NCBI RefSeq assembly: GCF_964194155.1
Contig: NC_135901.1
Span: 22,382,001-22,446,000 of the forward strand
Source of the DNA: Cetorhinus maximus
Taxonomy: Eukaryota
Direction of reading: 5' to 3'
DNA: 64,000 nt
Shown here one piece after another: positions 50,424 through 62,900 of this stretch. The notes below the pieces were generated by a model. That model was not told the origin of the DNA, made no database searches, and was given only the letters and a program-made list of their open reading frames with translations. Each line of letters begins with the position of its first letter. The stretch's first letter is position 1. The position numbers and the translations under genes were made by a program.

Positions 50424-51691
50424 CAGAAAATACTGGAAAAACTCAGCAGGTCCGGCAGCATCTGTGGGGAAAGAACCAGAGTTAACTTTTTGAGTCCGTA
50501 TGACCCTTCTTCAGAGCTGAAGAAAAGTGGAAATGTGATTAAATTTACACTGTTAAAGGAGGTGGTGCAGGTGGAGCTGGATAGAAGGCCAGCGATCGGT
50601 GGGGACAAAGGAGAGATTGACAAAGATGTCATGAACTAAAGGACAAAGGGAGTGTTAATGGTAGTGGTTAGTGCTAAAAAAAAAAGTTGCTGATAGTGGC
50701 ATAAAGATAAGAAAGCAGAATGCGATAATAGCAGAACAAGGGTGGCATTGTGTGAAAGAACAACATGGAACAAGTAACAGATGGCCCTGTATGGGATGGG
50801 GTTTGGGGAGGGGGTGGAGTGTGGTGGGGTGGGAAAAAAGGATAGAAAATGGAATAGAATGGGGATATAAAAAAGGGGATTAAACAATGGATAAATGAAT
50901 AAAAATTAAAATAAAAACGTGGAAAAAAAAACTGAATGTAGAAAAAAGGGGATTAGAAAAAAGGGGTGAGAATGGAGTAGATAGTTCATGGTCTGAAGTT
51001 GTTGAACTCAATGTTAAGTTCGGAAGGCTGTAAAGTGCCTAATCAGAAGATGAGGTGCTGTTCCTCCAGTTTGCATTAGGCTTTACTGGAACATTGCAGC
51101 AGGCCAAGGACAGAGATGTGGGCATGAGAACAGGATGGGGTGTTGAAATGGCAAGTGACCAGAAGGTCTGGTTCATGCTTGAGGACAGACCAGGGGTGTT
51201 CTGCAAAGCGGTCACCCAATCTGCGCTTGGTCTCCCTGATGTAGAAGACACCACATTGGGAACAGCGGATGCAGTAGGCCAAATTGAAGGAGGTGCAAGT
51301 GAAGCGGTGCTTCACTTAAAAGAAGTGTTTGGGCCCTTAGACAATGAGTAGGCAGGAGGTAAAGGGGCACCTTCTGCGATTGCATAGGAAGGTGCCATGG
51401 GAAGGGGATGAGGTGTTGGGATGATGGAGGAGTGGACCAGGATGTTCTGGAGGGAATGGTCCCTATGGAATGCTGACATGGGGTGGGGGCGGAGGGCTCC
51501 ATCTGCCCCACTCCCTTTAACTGTATAAATTTCATCACATTTCCACTTCTTGTCAGCTCTGAAGAAGTGTCATACGGGCTCAAAAAGTTAACTCTGTTTC
51601 TCTCTCCACAGATGCTGCTAGATCTGCTGAGTTTTCCCAGCATTTTTTGTTTTGGTTTCAGATTAACAGCATCTGCAGTATTTTACTTTTA
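50424..51691 (-). mobile_element. Penelope-like element with inverted terminal repeats, GIY-YIG remnant and 14-bp TSD
   Basis: RFTCTSFNLAYCIRCSQCGVFYIRETKRRLGDRFAEH; ends are reverse complements; tcatt[g/t]caggaagg at 50410-50423 and 51692-51705. Confidence 0.8.
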
Positions 51692-52199
51692 TCATTTCAG
51701 GAAGGGTTTGAGATTCCCATCTGAGCGTAAAGTGATGGGTAAGATCACAGCAGAAATATCATCACCAACTGAAGGTGGAAAGGGATTCAGTTGGTCATCC
51801 CATTTACCAACACAGCAGCACAGTCACAGTGCAGAGTGACCTTTCACATATTTCACGAATGAGAAAGGAATTACTTAGTTTTCTCACCTCTCAATCCACC
51901 AACTTTGAAAGTTCAAATGATTTGATTCACAATCAGTGCATTCTGACTAGCAAGAGACAGCTTAAGTGTTTTGTGTCTTGGGAAAACTCCACGCACTGAC
52001 AGTCCAGTGAGTTTCCATCTAACTGTTAAAGTATTAATTTCTATTAATTACACCCAGGATAGAAATATGGTGGAGGACCCGTGCACTTTGGTTGCCGTAT
52101 CAATTGATTTAATAATATTATATTTTGGCCCTGTGACTCCAATCGATCATAAAACATAATTTTCTATTCAACAATATTATACTTCAATGACCGGAGTCT

Positions 52200-52600
52200 T
52201 ACCCAGCATTCGCGGCGGGGCAGAACGTGCCCTATCCTCGCTGCAGGAGCTTCTTGCGCAGGCGCACTACCGGGTGTGACTCGAGCATGCGCTTTGCGGG
52301 CGCTGAGTACAGCATGCGCAGTCGAGGCCGCACCAGGAACTGGTCGAAGCTGTTCACAAATATCGAGTCCAGGCGAGTAAATGAAGCCGGTGGATGGGGA
52401 GGATTAAAGACGGCAGAGTGGGTGGGGAGGCTTGATAAATACCCACTGGCTGCCTCAACGTCGGAATAAGGAGCTAGAGCTCCCGAGGTCGCAGCGAACG
52501 GGAAGGTAGCTGCGGGCCGCGGTTCTCAGTCACAGGCCGCAGTTAACGGCCACCATCTTTACAGGGGGGGGCGAAAGTGCAACAGAGCGCATGCGCGGTC
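52200..52600 (+). promoter_or_regulatory. CpG-island-like promoter of the 53220 ZNF gene
   Basis: Several gcatgcgc/gcgcaggcgc (NRF1-like); ccaccatcttt (YY1-like); high CpG. Confidence 0.6.
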
Positions 52601-52739
52601 ATCACTGTCCCTATCAGCAGGAGGAGAGAATGTTGTGCATTTCTATCCTGGACTGACAGGGATGGATTTTGGAAACTCCTTTTACAGCGGGTTAGAAAGG
52701 GAAGATTTACACACAGCAAACTCAAACTCCTCTGACATA

Positions 52740-53070
52740 GGTCTTTAAAATTCTGATTGAGTTGGACAGATAGATGTGGACAGAATGTTTACACTTCTTG
52801 TTCGTAATAAATCCAAGAGGAAAACGGGAGATATTTCCGTCCTCAGACAGTTGTTAGAATGTGGAACTCTACTACAGGAAGTGGTTGAGACAAATCCCTT
52901 AGATGCTTTCAAAAGTAAACTAGATGAGAACAAGAGAAGAAAGGGATTCGAAAGATAAACTGAAAGGCTGAAATGAGGTCGGCAGAATGGAGGAGACTCC
53001 TGTGGAGTAGAAACTCCAAGACAGACTAGATAGACCAATTAGCCTGTTTATGTAATGTATGTTCCATGTA
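52740..53070 (+). mobile_element. Old CR1 3' fragment
   Basis: gatgtggacagaatgtttacactt..gatgctttcaaaagtaaactagat. Confidence 0.55.
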
Positions 53071-53285
53071 ATTCTTTGTAAACTTATTTTACAGAAAAAA
53101 GAAGAGGAAGATTTGCAGTCAGGAAAAGTAAATCAAACTTTACATCAAAATCTGACAGTCTCTCAATTCATCTGGATCTGAAGATTTGTATATCTGAAGG
53201 ATTTAATTGACCGTCTCAGTTGGAAACCAGTGAGAGGCTGTTCACCTGCTCCTCCTGTGTGAAGGGATTGATACAGCTGGTTAAC

Positions 53286-55049
53286 ATGCTGACACGACAG
53301 CGAGCTCACAACAGTGAGAGGCTGTTCACCTGCTCCGTGTGTGGGAAGAAATTCATGTGTTCATCCAACCTGCTGGCACACCAGCTCAATCACATTGATG
53401 AGGAGCCTCTTCAATGCTCTGACTCTGGGAAAAGCCTTGAAACCTCTGAGGAACTGGTCCAACACCAGCAAGTTCACACTGATGAGAGACCATTCAGCTG
53501 CTCCCACTGCGGGAAGAGGTTCAGGCTGTCCTCCCGCCTCGCGGAGCACCAGCTCCTTCACACACACGAGAGGCCGTTCAGCTGCTCTCACTGTGGGGAG
53601 TCGTTCAGCGAGTCAGTGCATCTCACTGAGCACCAGCAAGTTCACACCAAGGACAGGCCGTTCAGCTGCTCCCAGTGTGGGAAGAGATTTGCTCAGTCCT
53701 CCCATTACACTGAGCACCAATTGGTTCACTCCGATAAGAGACCTTTTAAATGCTCAGAGTGTGAGAAGACCTTTAAAAGACACAGTGAACTGTTGAGACA
53801 CCAGCGGACTCACACCAGCGACAGGCCATTCACTTGCTCTGTGTGTGGGGAGAGCTTCACCCATTCAGTCCAACTTCTGAAGCACGAGGGTGTTCACAAT
53901 GGGGAGAGACCCTTCATCTGCTCCGTGTGTGGGAATGGATTCACTCGGTCATCCAACCTTCTGGCACACCAACGGGTTCACACCGGGGAGAGGCCGTTCA
54001 CCTGCTCTGACTGTGGGAAGACATTTACTCGATCATTCCACCTTCTGACACACCAGCGAATTCACACAGGGGAGAGACCGTTCACCTGCTCTGAGTGCGG
54101 GCAGGGATTCACACGGTCATCCCACCTGGTGAGACACCAGCGAGGTCACACTGGGGAGAGGCTGTTCATCTATTCCGCATATGACAAGAGAGTTCCTGAA
54201 TCCTCCCAATACACTGAACACCAACGTGTTCACTCTGATAAGAGAACTTTTAAATGTTCTGAATGTGAGAAGACCTTTACAAGAAGCAATGACCTGCTGA
54301 GACACCAGCATATTCACACTGGGGAGAGGCCATTCCTCTGCTCTGAGTGTGGGAAGACATTTGCGCATTCATCTGATCTGGTGAAACACCAGCGTACTCA
54401 CTCTGGGGAGAGGTCATTCCTCTGCGCCGAGTGTGGGAAGAGATTCATTCGGTCATCTGATCTAGTGAGACACCAACGCACTCACACTGGGGAGAGGCCA
54501 TTCACCTGCTCTGAGTGTGGGAAGGGATTCACTCTGTTAGCCAACCTGCTGAGACACCAGCGAGTTCACAGTGGGGAGAGGACGTTCCTCTGCTCTGAGT
54601 GTGGGAAGAGATTCACTCAGTCATCCCACCTGCTGAGACACCAGCGCATTCATACCGAGGAGAGACCTTTTAAATGCTCTGACTGCGGGAAGTGCTATAA
54701 AACCTCTGGAGAACTGATGTACCATCAACGCGTTCACACTGAGAAAAGACCGTTCAGGTGCTCTCACTGCAGGACTGGGTTCAGGAAGTCATCTCAACTC
54801 ACTTTACACCAGCGAATTCACACTGGGGAGAGGCCGTTCACGTGCTCCGATTGTGGGAAGGGATTTGCTCACTCAGGCACCCTGCTGACACACCAGCGAA
54901 TTCACACTGGGGAGAGGCCGTTCACCTGCTCCGAGTGTGGGAAGGGATTTACTTGTTCACACCACCTACTGAGACACCAGCGAGTTCATAGGTCACCGGC
55001 AAAGTTGGATTTTCTTGATTTTGCTGCTGAGAATTACCTCCAGGACTGA
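53286..55049 (+). CDS. Large C2H2 zinc-finger protein (21 finger repeats in the open frame from 53220, 3 degenerate), extended C-terminus
   Basis: Uninterrupted frame 53220-55049; first ATG at 53286; acceptor ttttacag ending 53094; in-frame TGA at 53208. Confidence 0.85.
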   Translation: MLTRQRAHNSERLFTCSVCGKKFMCSSNLLAHQLNHIDEEPLQCSDSGKSLETSEELVQHQQVHTDERPFSCSHCGKRFRLSSRLAEHQLLHTHERPFSCSHCGESFSESVHLTEHQQVHTKDRPFSCSQCGKRFAQSSHYTEHQLVHSDKRPFKCSECEKTFKRHSELLRHQRTHTSDRPFTCSVCGESFTHSVQLLKHEGVHNGERPFICSVCGNGFTRSSNLLAHQRVHTGERPFTCSDCGKTFTRSFHLLTHQRIHTGERPFTCSECGQGFTRSSHLVRHQRGHTGERLFIYSAYDKRVPESSQYTEHQRVHSDKRTFKCSECEKTFTRSNDLLRHQHIHTGERPFLCSECGKTFAHSSDLVKHQRTHSGERSFLCAECGKRFIRSSDLVRHQRTHTGERPFTCSECGKGFTLLANLLRHQRVHSGERTFLCSECGKRFTQSSHLLRHQRIHTEERPFKCSDCGKCYKTSGELMYHQRVHTEKRPFRCSHCRTGFRKSSQLTLHQRIHTGERPFTCSDCGKGFAHSGTLLTHQRIHTGERPFTCSECGKGFTCSHHLLRHQRVHRSPAKLDFLDFAAENYLQD

Positions 55050-55397
55050 ACCTTTTCTCCTTTCTACCTCTCGAGTATTTAAGTTCTCCTACCTCAGTTA
55101 CTCTCATGGAAAAGTCCCAGCGCCCCAAACCTTCCAGATTGTCTTTCTTAGCCTTGGGATTCAAGGAAGGCATCTGTAAGACACTCAGGATCACTAAACA
55201 CAAAACTCAATCTGTTAATCACTTTCAGCTCCTGAACTTGGTGTGTATCCCACAACATCTCTCTCACCTTCAATGTGTGAATGGAGCATCACGTCTGCAA
55301 ACCTGGCTTAAATTGAAATCCACTCAGTAAATGTATTTAATGAAACACTGTGGCTGATGAGACAATGTTAAGGTGCCAGTGTGCGGCTGTATTGCTG

Positions 55398-55855
55398 GGT
55401 CAGCCGTGGCTCAGTGGATAACACTCTCATCTCTCAAGCAGAAGGTTGTGGGGTCAAGTCCACTTCAGCCACTCAGCACAAAAACTGAGGTTGACTCTCC
55501 AGTGCAGTACTGAGGGAGGGCCTCACTGTCAGAGATGCTGTCTTTCAACTGAGAATATTACACCAAGGCCCCCACCTGACTCCTCGGGTGGATGTAAAAG
55601 ATCCACTGGCCTTTGTTTTGAAGAAGAGCATTCCTAATGCCCCAGCCAATATTCATTCCTCAGCCAAAGTGACAAACACAGATGATCTGGTCATTATTGT
55701 GTTGCTGTGTGTGGGAGCTTGCTGTGCGCAAATTGATTGTGATGTGTTTCCTAAATTACAACAGTGACTGCACTTCAAAAGGATTTCCCTAATGTAAAGC
55801 ACTTTGGAACACCCTGAGGTGCTGAAAGGTGCTATATAAATGCAAGTCTTTTTTT
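55398..55855 (+). mobile_element. DeuSINE (SacSINE1-like), near full length
   Basis: tRNA-like head gtggctcagtgg; Deu-domain gtgcagtactgaggga..gtggatgtaaaagatcc..ttgctgtgcgcaaattg; tail gctatataaatgcaagtcttt. Confidence 0.8.
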
Positions 55856-56159
55856 TCTCTGTTTTTCCTGTAATGGAAAATGCCTGAACCTTTGTCCCAG
55901 TGGAACCTTTGCTGTTATGAAATGTTGGTGAATATTAATGAGCCTCCCATCCTGCTGCAATTGTGTAGAAAGGGGATGTGTAAAGAGCTGGTCTTTGTAT
56001 GGCGATGTGAACCAAGGAAATGGTATCTGTGTGTGATAGTGATACAGCCTTGTGCTCACACTCAGAGCAATGCACCGATCTCCTTGTGGTTATGGTTTGA
56101 GCAGAGTCATCACGAATGTAGTGAACAAGTTAAATATAAATATCTCCAGTGTAGCTGCA

Positions 56160-56535
56160 CTTATTAGATCAGAGGTGGGGAGAATGGGGCAAATGAAATT
56201 GAACACAGATAAATGTGAGGTAGCAGATTTTGGTCAGAAGAATAAGCAGGTCGCTTATTACTTGGAAGGTCTGAGTCTGGGTGGGGTAGAGGAACAAAGA
56301 GATCTCCGAGTATAAATACAGCAATCAGAGCAAGGCCATAAAAAGAGAAAACCAAGTACTAGGTTTTATTTTGCAAGGAATGGAATTAGAAAGTTGGGAG
56401 GTTCTGCTAAAGCTGTCTAAAACCTTGGTTAGACCACACTGAGAATAAAGAGTGAAATCTGGTCACCATTTTATAAAAAAGGATAGAGAGACACTGGAGA
56501 GGGAGCAGAGAAGATTTACAAGGATGATTACTGAA
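56160..56535 (+). mobile_element. Old CR1 fragment
   Basis: QMKLNTDKCEV; LEREQRRFTRMI. Confidence 0.65.
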
Positions 56536-56544
56536 ATACATATG

Positions 56545-57635
56545 AATCAGAATCACAGTGCAGAAGAGGCCCTACAACCCGTTGACTCTGCACCGACACG
56601 TGAGAAACACCTGATCTACCTATCTAATCCTATTTACCAGCACTTGCCCCATAGCCTTGAATGTTATGACGTACCAAGTGCTCATGCAGGTACTTTTTAA
56701 AGGATGTGATGCAACCCGCCTCCACCACCCTCCCAGGCAGTGCATTCCAGACCGTCACCACCCTCTGGGTAAAAAAGCTTTTCCTCACATCCCCCCTAAA
56801 CCTCCTGCCCCTCACCTTGAACTTATGACCCCTTGTGACTGACCCATCAACTAAGGGGAACAGATGCTCCCTATCTACCTGTCCATGCCCCTCATAATCT
56901 TGTCCATCTGAATCAGGTCGCTCCTCAGACTTCTCTGCTCCAACGAAAACAACCCAAGTCTATCCAACCTCTTTTCATAACTTAAATGTTTCATCCCAGG
57001 CAACATCCTGGTGAATCTCCTCTGCACCCACTCCGGTGCAATCACATCCTTCCTATAATGTGGCGACCAGAACTGCACACAGTACTCCAGCTGTGGCCTC
57101 CTTGTTAAATTACTCCTTCCAAAGTATTTCACCTCACACTTTTCAGGGTTAAATTCCATCTGCTACTTATCTGCCCATCCCGTCTGTATCTTCCTGTGGC
57201 CCAAGACACTCAACCTCACTGTTAATCACCCGGCCCATCTTTGTGTCATCCGCAAACTTACTAACCTTACCCCCCACGTATTCATCTATGTCGTTTCTAT
57301 AAATTACGAATAATAGGGGACCCAGCACGGATCCCTGTGGTACGACACTGGCTTCCAGTCACGAAAGCAACCTTCTGTCATCATCCTCTGTCTCCTACAA
57401 CTAAGCCAATGTTGAATCCACCTTATCAAATTACCCTGTATCCCGTGTGCATTTGCCTTCTTTATAAGTGTCCCATGTGGGACCTTGTCAAAGGCTTTAC
57501 TGAAATCTATATAAACTACATAAACTGCACTACCCTCATCTACGCACCTGGTCATCTCCTCAATAAGTTTAATCAAATCTGTTAGGCATGACTTCCCTCT
57601 GACAAAGCCATGCTGACTGTCCCTGATCAAATCTT
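56545..57635 (-). mobile_element. CR1 LINE 3' part (same subfamily as 3605-4616)
   Basis: SQHGFVRGKSCLT, DFSKAFDKVPH, EFNPEKCEV; tail matching 4500-4616. Confidence 0.85.
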
Positions 57636-57999
57636 GCCTGATTAGGTGTTGATTACTATTTGAAGCTTAACTAGTGTGAGTCATCTCAGCTCACCTCAGC
57701 TCTATTTCAGAAAGGGACTATTAGAAGCACACGAGCAGGGGAGAGACCTCATCCTGAGTGAGACACAGCCAGAGTGAGTGTGGGTCTTGGCAATTTGCTG
57801 CACAGTGGGAATTGAACTGGTAAGTCTTTCTCTTTAATTTCTCTGAGTTCAGTAGTCTAGTTAAAAGGTTGCTCAGGTAGCTGACTCACCTGACTGTGTG
57901 ACAGTTAACTGTCAATCACCTGAAGCCTGATTAGGGCCTGAATAGGTGTTGATTACTATTTGAAGCTATATTCAAGACATTACTGCAGTCGATCCTCTC

Positions 58000-58770
58000 T
58001 GATTATCACCAGACTTGACCATGTCTCTATTTATATTGTACATGACCCTGTTATTTGTGCCCTTGATGCTGTCTCAGTTACAAACTAGACCATGTTTCTG
58101 TTTATGTTTCATTAGACCCTGTCTCAGTTATTTGACCATGTCTCTAATTATATCTACCTGTAGTACACAAGGCCCTGTATTAGTAACATTACTAACAATT
58201 CGAAAGTACTTAATTAGGTATAAAGTGTTTTGACACATTTGGTGATCATGAAATGAGCTATATAAATGCAAATATTTCTTAATATTATTTTGAACTGTAC
58301 TAGACCTTGTCCTGGTTTATAGTACACTACTGATTACTACACTGGACCCTGTCCCTGTTTATAATGCACTCGGCCCTGTTTTGCTTTTAACTTACCTTGA
58401 CCATGGCTCAGTTATTGCCACATAAGGCCAGCCCACTATTTGCACTACACTAGGCCCTGTCAAAGCAGCTACTGCAGTCGACTGTGCCACTGTAATTTGG
58501 GCCCTCTGTCTGTTACATTACAGTGGGCCATATCACAATATATCTTAGTTATTATTGCACTAGAGTCAGACCATGTCTTGCTTAATATTCCACTAGGCAC
58601 CATCCTTTTCATTACTGCACTAGATCAGGTCTTGGTTTATTTTACTGCTCCTGCTGTATCAGTAATCACTGCACTGGACCCTGTCTCAGTTGAGATTAAC
58701 CTGGGCTCTGTCTCAGTCATCCCTCCACTAGACCCTTTCTCAGTTTATATTAACCCAGACCCTGTATCAA
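58000..58770 (+). repeat. Decayed tandem repeat (approximate unit cactagaccctgtctcagttatta)
   Basis: Recurrent gaccctgt/gaccatgt and tctcagtt words. Confidence 0.55.
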
Positions 58771-58889
58771 TAATCAATTGCAGGGTTATGGAGAAAAGGC
58801 GGGAGAGTGTGATCAACTAAGTGATGCTAGAAGATAAGACCGGCCAATTGTCCTCCTTCTCTGTTGGAACCATTGTTTGATTCTTATAC

Positions 58890-59225
58890 TAATGGCAGGC
58901 GCAGTTCCCACAATCCCCCGCGCCCCAGAAACCACTCTATCCAACTCGCTCCTTTCCCCAGGCGCTGAGAGTGCGCATGCTCCCCAGGACCACCCGCGGG
59001 GCATTCTGGGCAGCTCCTTTGTTGTGAGTCGGACCCGGTGGAAACGGGAGAAGAAACCGGGAAGCGGCGGCGAGGATGGGGGAGGCGCTGCAGCATCGCT
59101 TTAATGGGCAGCCCCGACCCCCAGTCCCCCAGCCCGGGGAGACCACCGCCGGGCCCGGCCGCTCTCATTCGGCCTTAGAGAGCCGCACTCGCTGTTCTTG
59201 AGGCTGCGCTCGCCTCCCGCTCAGT
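58890..59225 (+). promoter_or_regulatory. CpG-island-like promoter of the 60014 ZNF gene with two ZNF143(SBS)-like and one NRF1-like site
   Basis: ttcccacaatcccccgcg 58905-58922; reverse complement tgcccagaatgccccgcg 58995-59012; gtgcgcatgc 58971-58980. Confidence 0.6.
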
Positions 59226-60013
59226 TTCTCCATTGAATCCTGTTTCTCTCCTTGTTTTTCCCAACTCAGATTCACCGCCTCATTTTCTTTTCTTCCTCTG
59301 AGCCCCTGAACTCCATCAGACAGGGTCATGTTGGAGAGCGGGCATTGACTGTCCTGGGAAACAACAGCAAGAGGAGCTCAGAGGCCGGAGGAGCAAAGGG
59401 AGCAATGAATTCAGTCACCAATCGCGGGGGATTGAGGACTGGACCCTGAGTCAGTCAGTCAGAAGAGTCAGAGTGAACCCCTGGGGAATCATTCATCTCT
59501 GAAAAATTAAATGAGTATCTCTTTAATCAACAACACAATTTAATATTTATCAGTTCATTTTTTTTTATTCTTTGTTATCTCAAACCCAGGACATCGCTGC
59601 AGGAATTCCTCAGGTCAGTATCCTGGGCCCAACCATCTTCAGCTGCTTTATCAATAACCTTTTTTCCATCATAAGTCAGACTTGGGAATATATTGCCGTT
59701 CCTTCATTGTCGCTGGGTCGAAATCCTGGAACTCCCTTCCTAACAGCGCCGACACCACATGGACTACAGCAGTTTAAGGAAGTGAACAGGAAGATTTGCT
59801 GACAGGAAACTCAAACCAAAAATCACGTCAAAATCTGACAGATTCACTCAATACATCAGGCGCTGGATATCATTGAACCTTCAATGTAGAAGGAGAAATG
59901 TTTTAACCAACTGTACAGCCTGAAAAAACTTTTAATCATTCACAGCGGGGATAAATTGTGTACGAGGTTTGGACTGACCATCCAACATGGACAGCAACAA
60001 GGACAACGGCACC

Positions 60014-60856
60014 ATGGAGAAACCATGGAAATGTGGGGACTGTGGGAAGGGATTTGGTTCCCCATCAAAGCTGGAAATTCATCAACGCAGCCACACTGGG
60101 GAGAGGCCGTTTACCTGCTCCATGTGTGGGAAGGGATTCACTAGTTCATCCAACCTTCTGAGACACCAGCACATTCACACTGAGCAGAGTTCAGTCATCT
60201 GCTCCGTGTGTGGGAAGGCAATCGGTCATTCATCAAACTTTCTGAGGCACCAGCAAACTCACAGTGGAGAGAGGCCGTTCACCTGCTCCGTGTGTGGGAA
60301 GGGATTCACTCAGTCATCCTACCTACTGACGCACCAGCGCATTCACACAAGGGAGAGTCCGTTCATCTGTTCCTTGTGTGGAGAGGGATTTAATCGATTA
60401 TCCAGACTTCTGAATCACCAGAGAATTCATACTGGGGAAAGTCCATACACCTGCTTTATCTGTGGGAAGGGATTTAATCGGCCATCCAAACTACTGACAC
60501 ACCAGCGAATTCATACTGGGGAGAGGCCATTCACCTGCTCCATGTGTGGGAAGGGATACACCAATTCGTCTGACCTGTTGACACATCAGCGAGTTCACAC
60601 TGGCGAGAGGCCATTCACATGTTCCATGTGTGGAAAGGGTTTCATTCGGTCATCCCACCTTCTGACACATCAACTTGTTCATACTGATCAGAGACCTTTT
60701 AAATGTTCTGAGTGTGAGAAGACATTTAAAAGTAAAAAGGATCTGCTGACACACCAACGAGTTCACACTGGGGAGAGGCCGTTCACCTGCTCCGTGTGTG
60801 GGAAGGGATTCACTCAGTCATCCACCCTGCTGACACATCAGCGAGTTCACAAGTAA
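60014..60856 (+). CDS. C2H2 zinc-finger protein, 10 fingers, MEKPW type (alternative in-frame ATG at 59987)
   Basis: accATGg at 60014; open ORF; leader at 59785-59900; family 3' UTR. Confidence 0.85.
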   Translation: MEKPWKCGDCGKGFGSPSKLEIHQRSHTGERPFTCSMCGKGFTSSSNLLRHQHIHTEQSSVICSVCGKAIGHSSNFLRHQQTHSGERPFTCSVCGKGFTQSSYLLTHQRIHTRESPFICSLCGEGFNRLSRLLNHQRIHTGESPYTCFICGKGFNRPSKLLTHQRIHTGERPFTCSMCGKGYTNSSDLLTHQRVHTGERPFTCSMCGKGFIRSSHLLTHQLVHTDQRPFKCSECEKTFKSKKDLLTHQRVHTGERPFTCSVCGKGFTQSSTLLTHQRVHK

Positions 60857-60957
60857 CTATGGGGATTGAAATCTGTGGTTACTGTTGCTGTTAATCCTGT
60901 TCAGGATTGAATTCTTTCATTCTGACAGCTGGAGTTTGTTTCTGCTGAAATATAATT

Positions 60958-62900
60958 GTGCAAAGATGGGTGGCAGCTCAGAAGACTGGATAGGATTTAA
61001 AAAAAGAAAAGAATGATTGAAAGATTAATAAAGAGAAAAAGTCGAGTACGAGAGAAAGCGAGGTAGAAATATAAAGACATAGTAAAAGTAAATATTGATA
61101 TTTAAAAATGAAAAGAGTTAACAAAGTGAGGGTTGCTCCTATAGAAAGTGAATCTGGGAAGTTAATAATGGAAAATAAGGAGATGGCAGATGAATTGAAC
61201 AGATATTTTGCATCGTCTTCACTATGGTGGATACAAGTAACATGCCAGGAATGGCTATAAATCAGGAATTGGAAGGGAGGAAGGAGCTCAAGAAAATTAC
61301 AATCACCAGGGAAGCGGTACTGAGCAAATTGTTGGAGCTGTGGGCTGACAAGTCCCCAGGTCCTGAAGGATTTCATCCTTGGGTCTTAAAAGAAGTGGCT
61401 AGTGAGATAGTTGATGTATTGGTTTTAATTTTCCAAAATTCGCTAGATTCGGGGAAGGATAGGAAAATCAGATAGGAAAATAGGAAATGTAACTCCTTTA
61501 TTCAAAAAGGGAGGGAGACAGAGAGCAGGAAACTATAGGCCAGTTAGCTTAACATCTGTCATAGGGAAAATGTTAGAAGTGTTATTACAGGGCACTTAGA
61601 TAACTTCAAGTTTAATCAGGCAGAGTCAGCAAGGTTTTGTGAAAGGGAGATGATGCTTAACCAATTTATTGGGGCTCTTTGAAGAAGTAATAGGTGCTGT
61701 GGATAAAGGGGAACTGGTGGATGTACTGTATCAATATTTCCAGAAGGCATTTGATAAGGTGCCTCATTAAAGGTTATTGCGGAAAATGAAATCTCATGGT
61801 TTGGGAGTAACATATTGACATGAATAGAAGATTAGCTAGCTAACAGGAAGCAGAGAGTAGACATAAATGGGTCTTTTTCTGATTAGCAGGATATGATGAG
61901 TGGTGTGCCACAAGGATGAGTGCTGGGACCTCAACTCTTTATAATTTATATAAATGATTTGGATGAAGGAACCAATGGTGTGATTGCTAAATTTGATGAC
62001 ATATGGGTAGGAAAATAAATTGTGAAGAAGACATGAGGCTACAAAAGGATACAAATAGGTTAGGTGAGTGGGCAAAAATCTGGCAAATGGAGTATAATGT
62101 GGGAAAATGTGACATTGTCCATGTTGGCAGGACGAATAAAAAAGAAGCATATTATTTAAATGGTGAGAGATTGCAGAGCTCTGAGATTCAGAGGGATCTG
62201 GGTGTCCTAGTGCATGAATCGCAAAAGGTTAGTGTGCAGGTACAGCAAGTAATTAGTAAAGCTGAAAGAATGTTATCTTTCATTGCAAGGGAAATTGAAT
62301 ACAAGAGTAGAGAGGTTATGCTTCAGTTATACAGAGCCCACATCTGGAGTACTATGTGTAATCTTGGTGTCCTTATTTAAGGAAAGATGTAAATGCATTG
62401 GAAGCAGTTCAGTGAAGGTTTAGTTGATCAATACCAGGAATGGGCGGGTTGTCTTATGAGGAAAGGTTGGACAGACTAGGCTTGTATCTGCTGGAGTTTA
62501 GAAGGGTAAGAGGCAATTTGATTGAAACACATAAGATATTGAGGGGTCTTGTCAAGGTGGGTGTGGAAAGGATGTTTTCTCTTCTGAGAGAATCTTGAAC
62601 TAGGGGCCACTGTTTAAGGGGTCGCCCATTTAAGTCAGAGATGAGGAATTATTTTTTCTCTCATAGGGTTGTGAGACTTTGGAATTCTCTTCCTCAAAAG
62701 GCAGTTGAGACAGAGTCTTTGAATATATTTAAGGCAGAGGGTAGATAGATTCTTGATAAGCAAGGGGGTGAAAGGTTATCGAGGTTGGCAGGAATGTGTA
62801 GTTGAGATTACAATCAGATCAGCCATGATCTTATTGAATGGCGGAACAAGCCCGAGGGGCCAAGTGGCCTTCTCCTGCTCCTAATTCGTATGTGCGTATA
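60958..62900 (+). mobile_element. CR1 LINE (about 1.9 kb, decayed ORF2) inserted in the ZNF 3' UTR
   Basis: DKSPGPEGFHPWVLKEVA, GNYRPVSLTS, WQMEYNVGKC; tail gggccaagtggccttctcctgctcctaattcg. Confidence 0.85.

Noticed and set aside
53220-55049. CRISPR-like or satellite array (84-bp periodicity)
   Set aside because: The period is the 28-codon C2H2 repeat in a eukaryotic ORF
58440-58820. 126-aa hydrophobic repetitive ORF
   Set aside because: Translation of the decayed tandem repeat; non-ATG start
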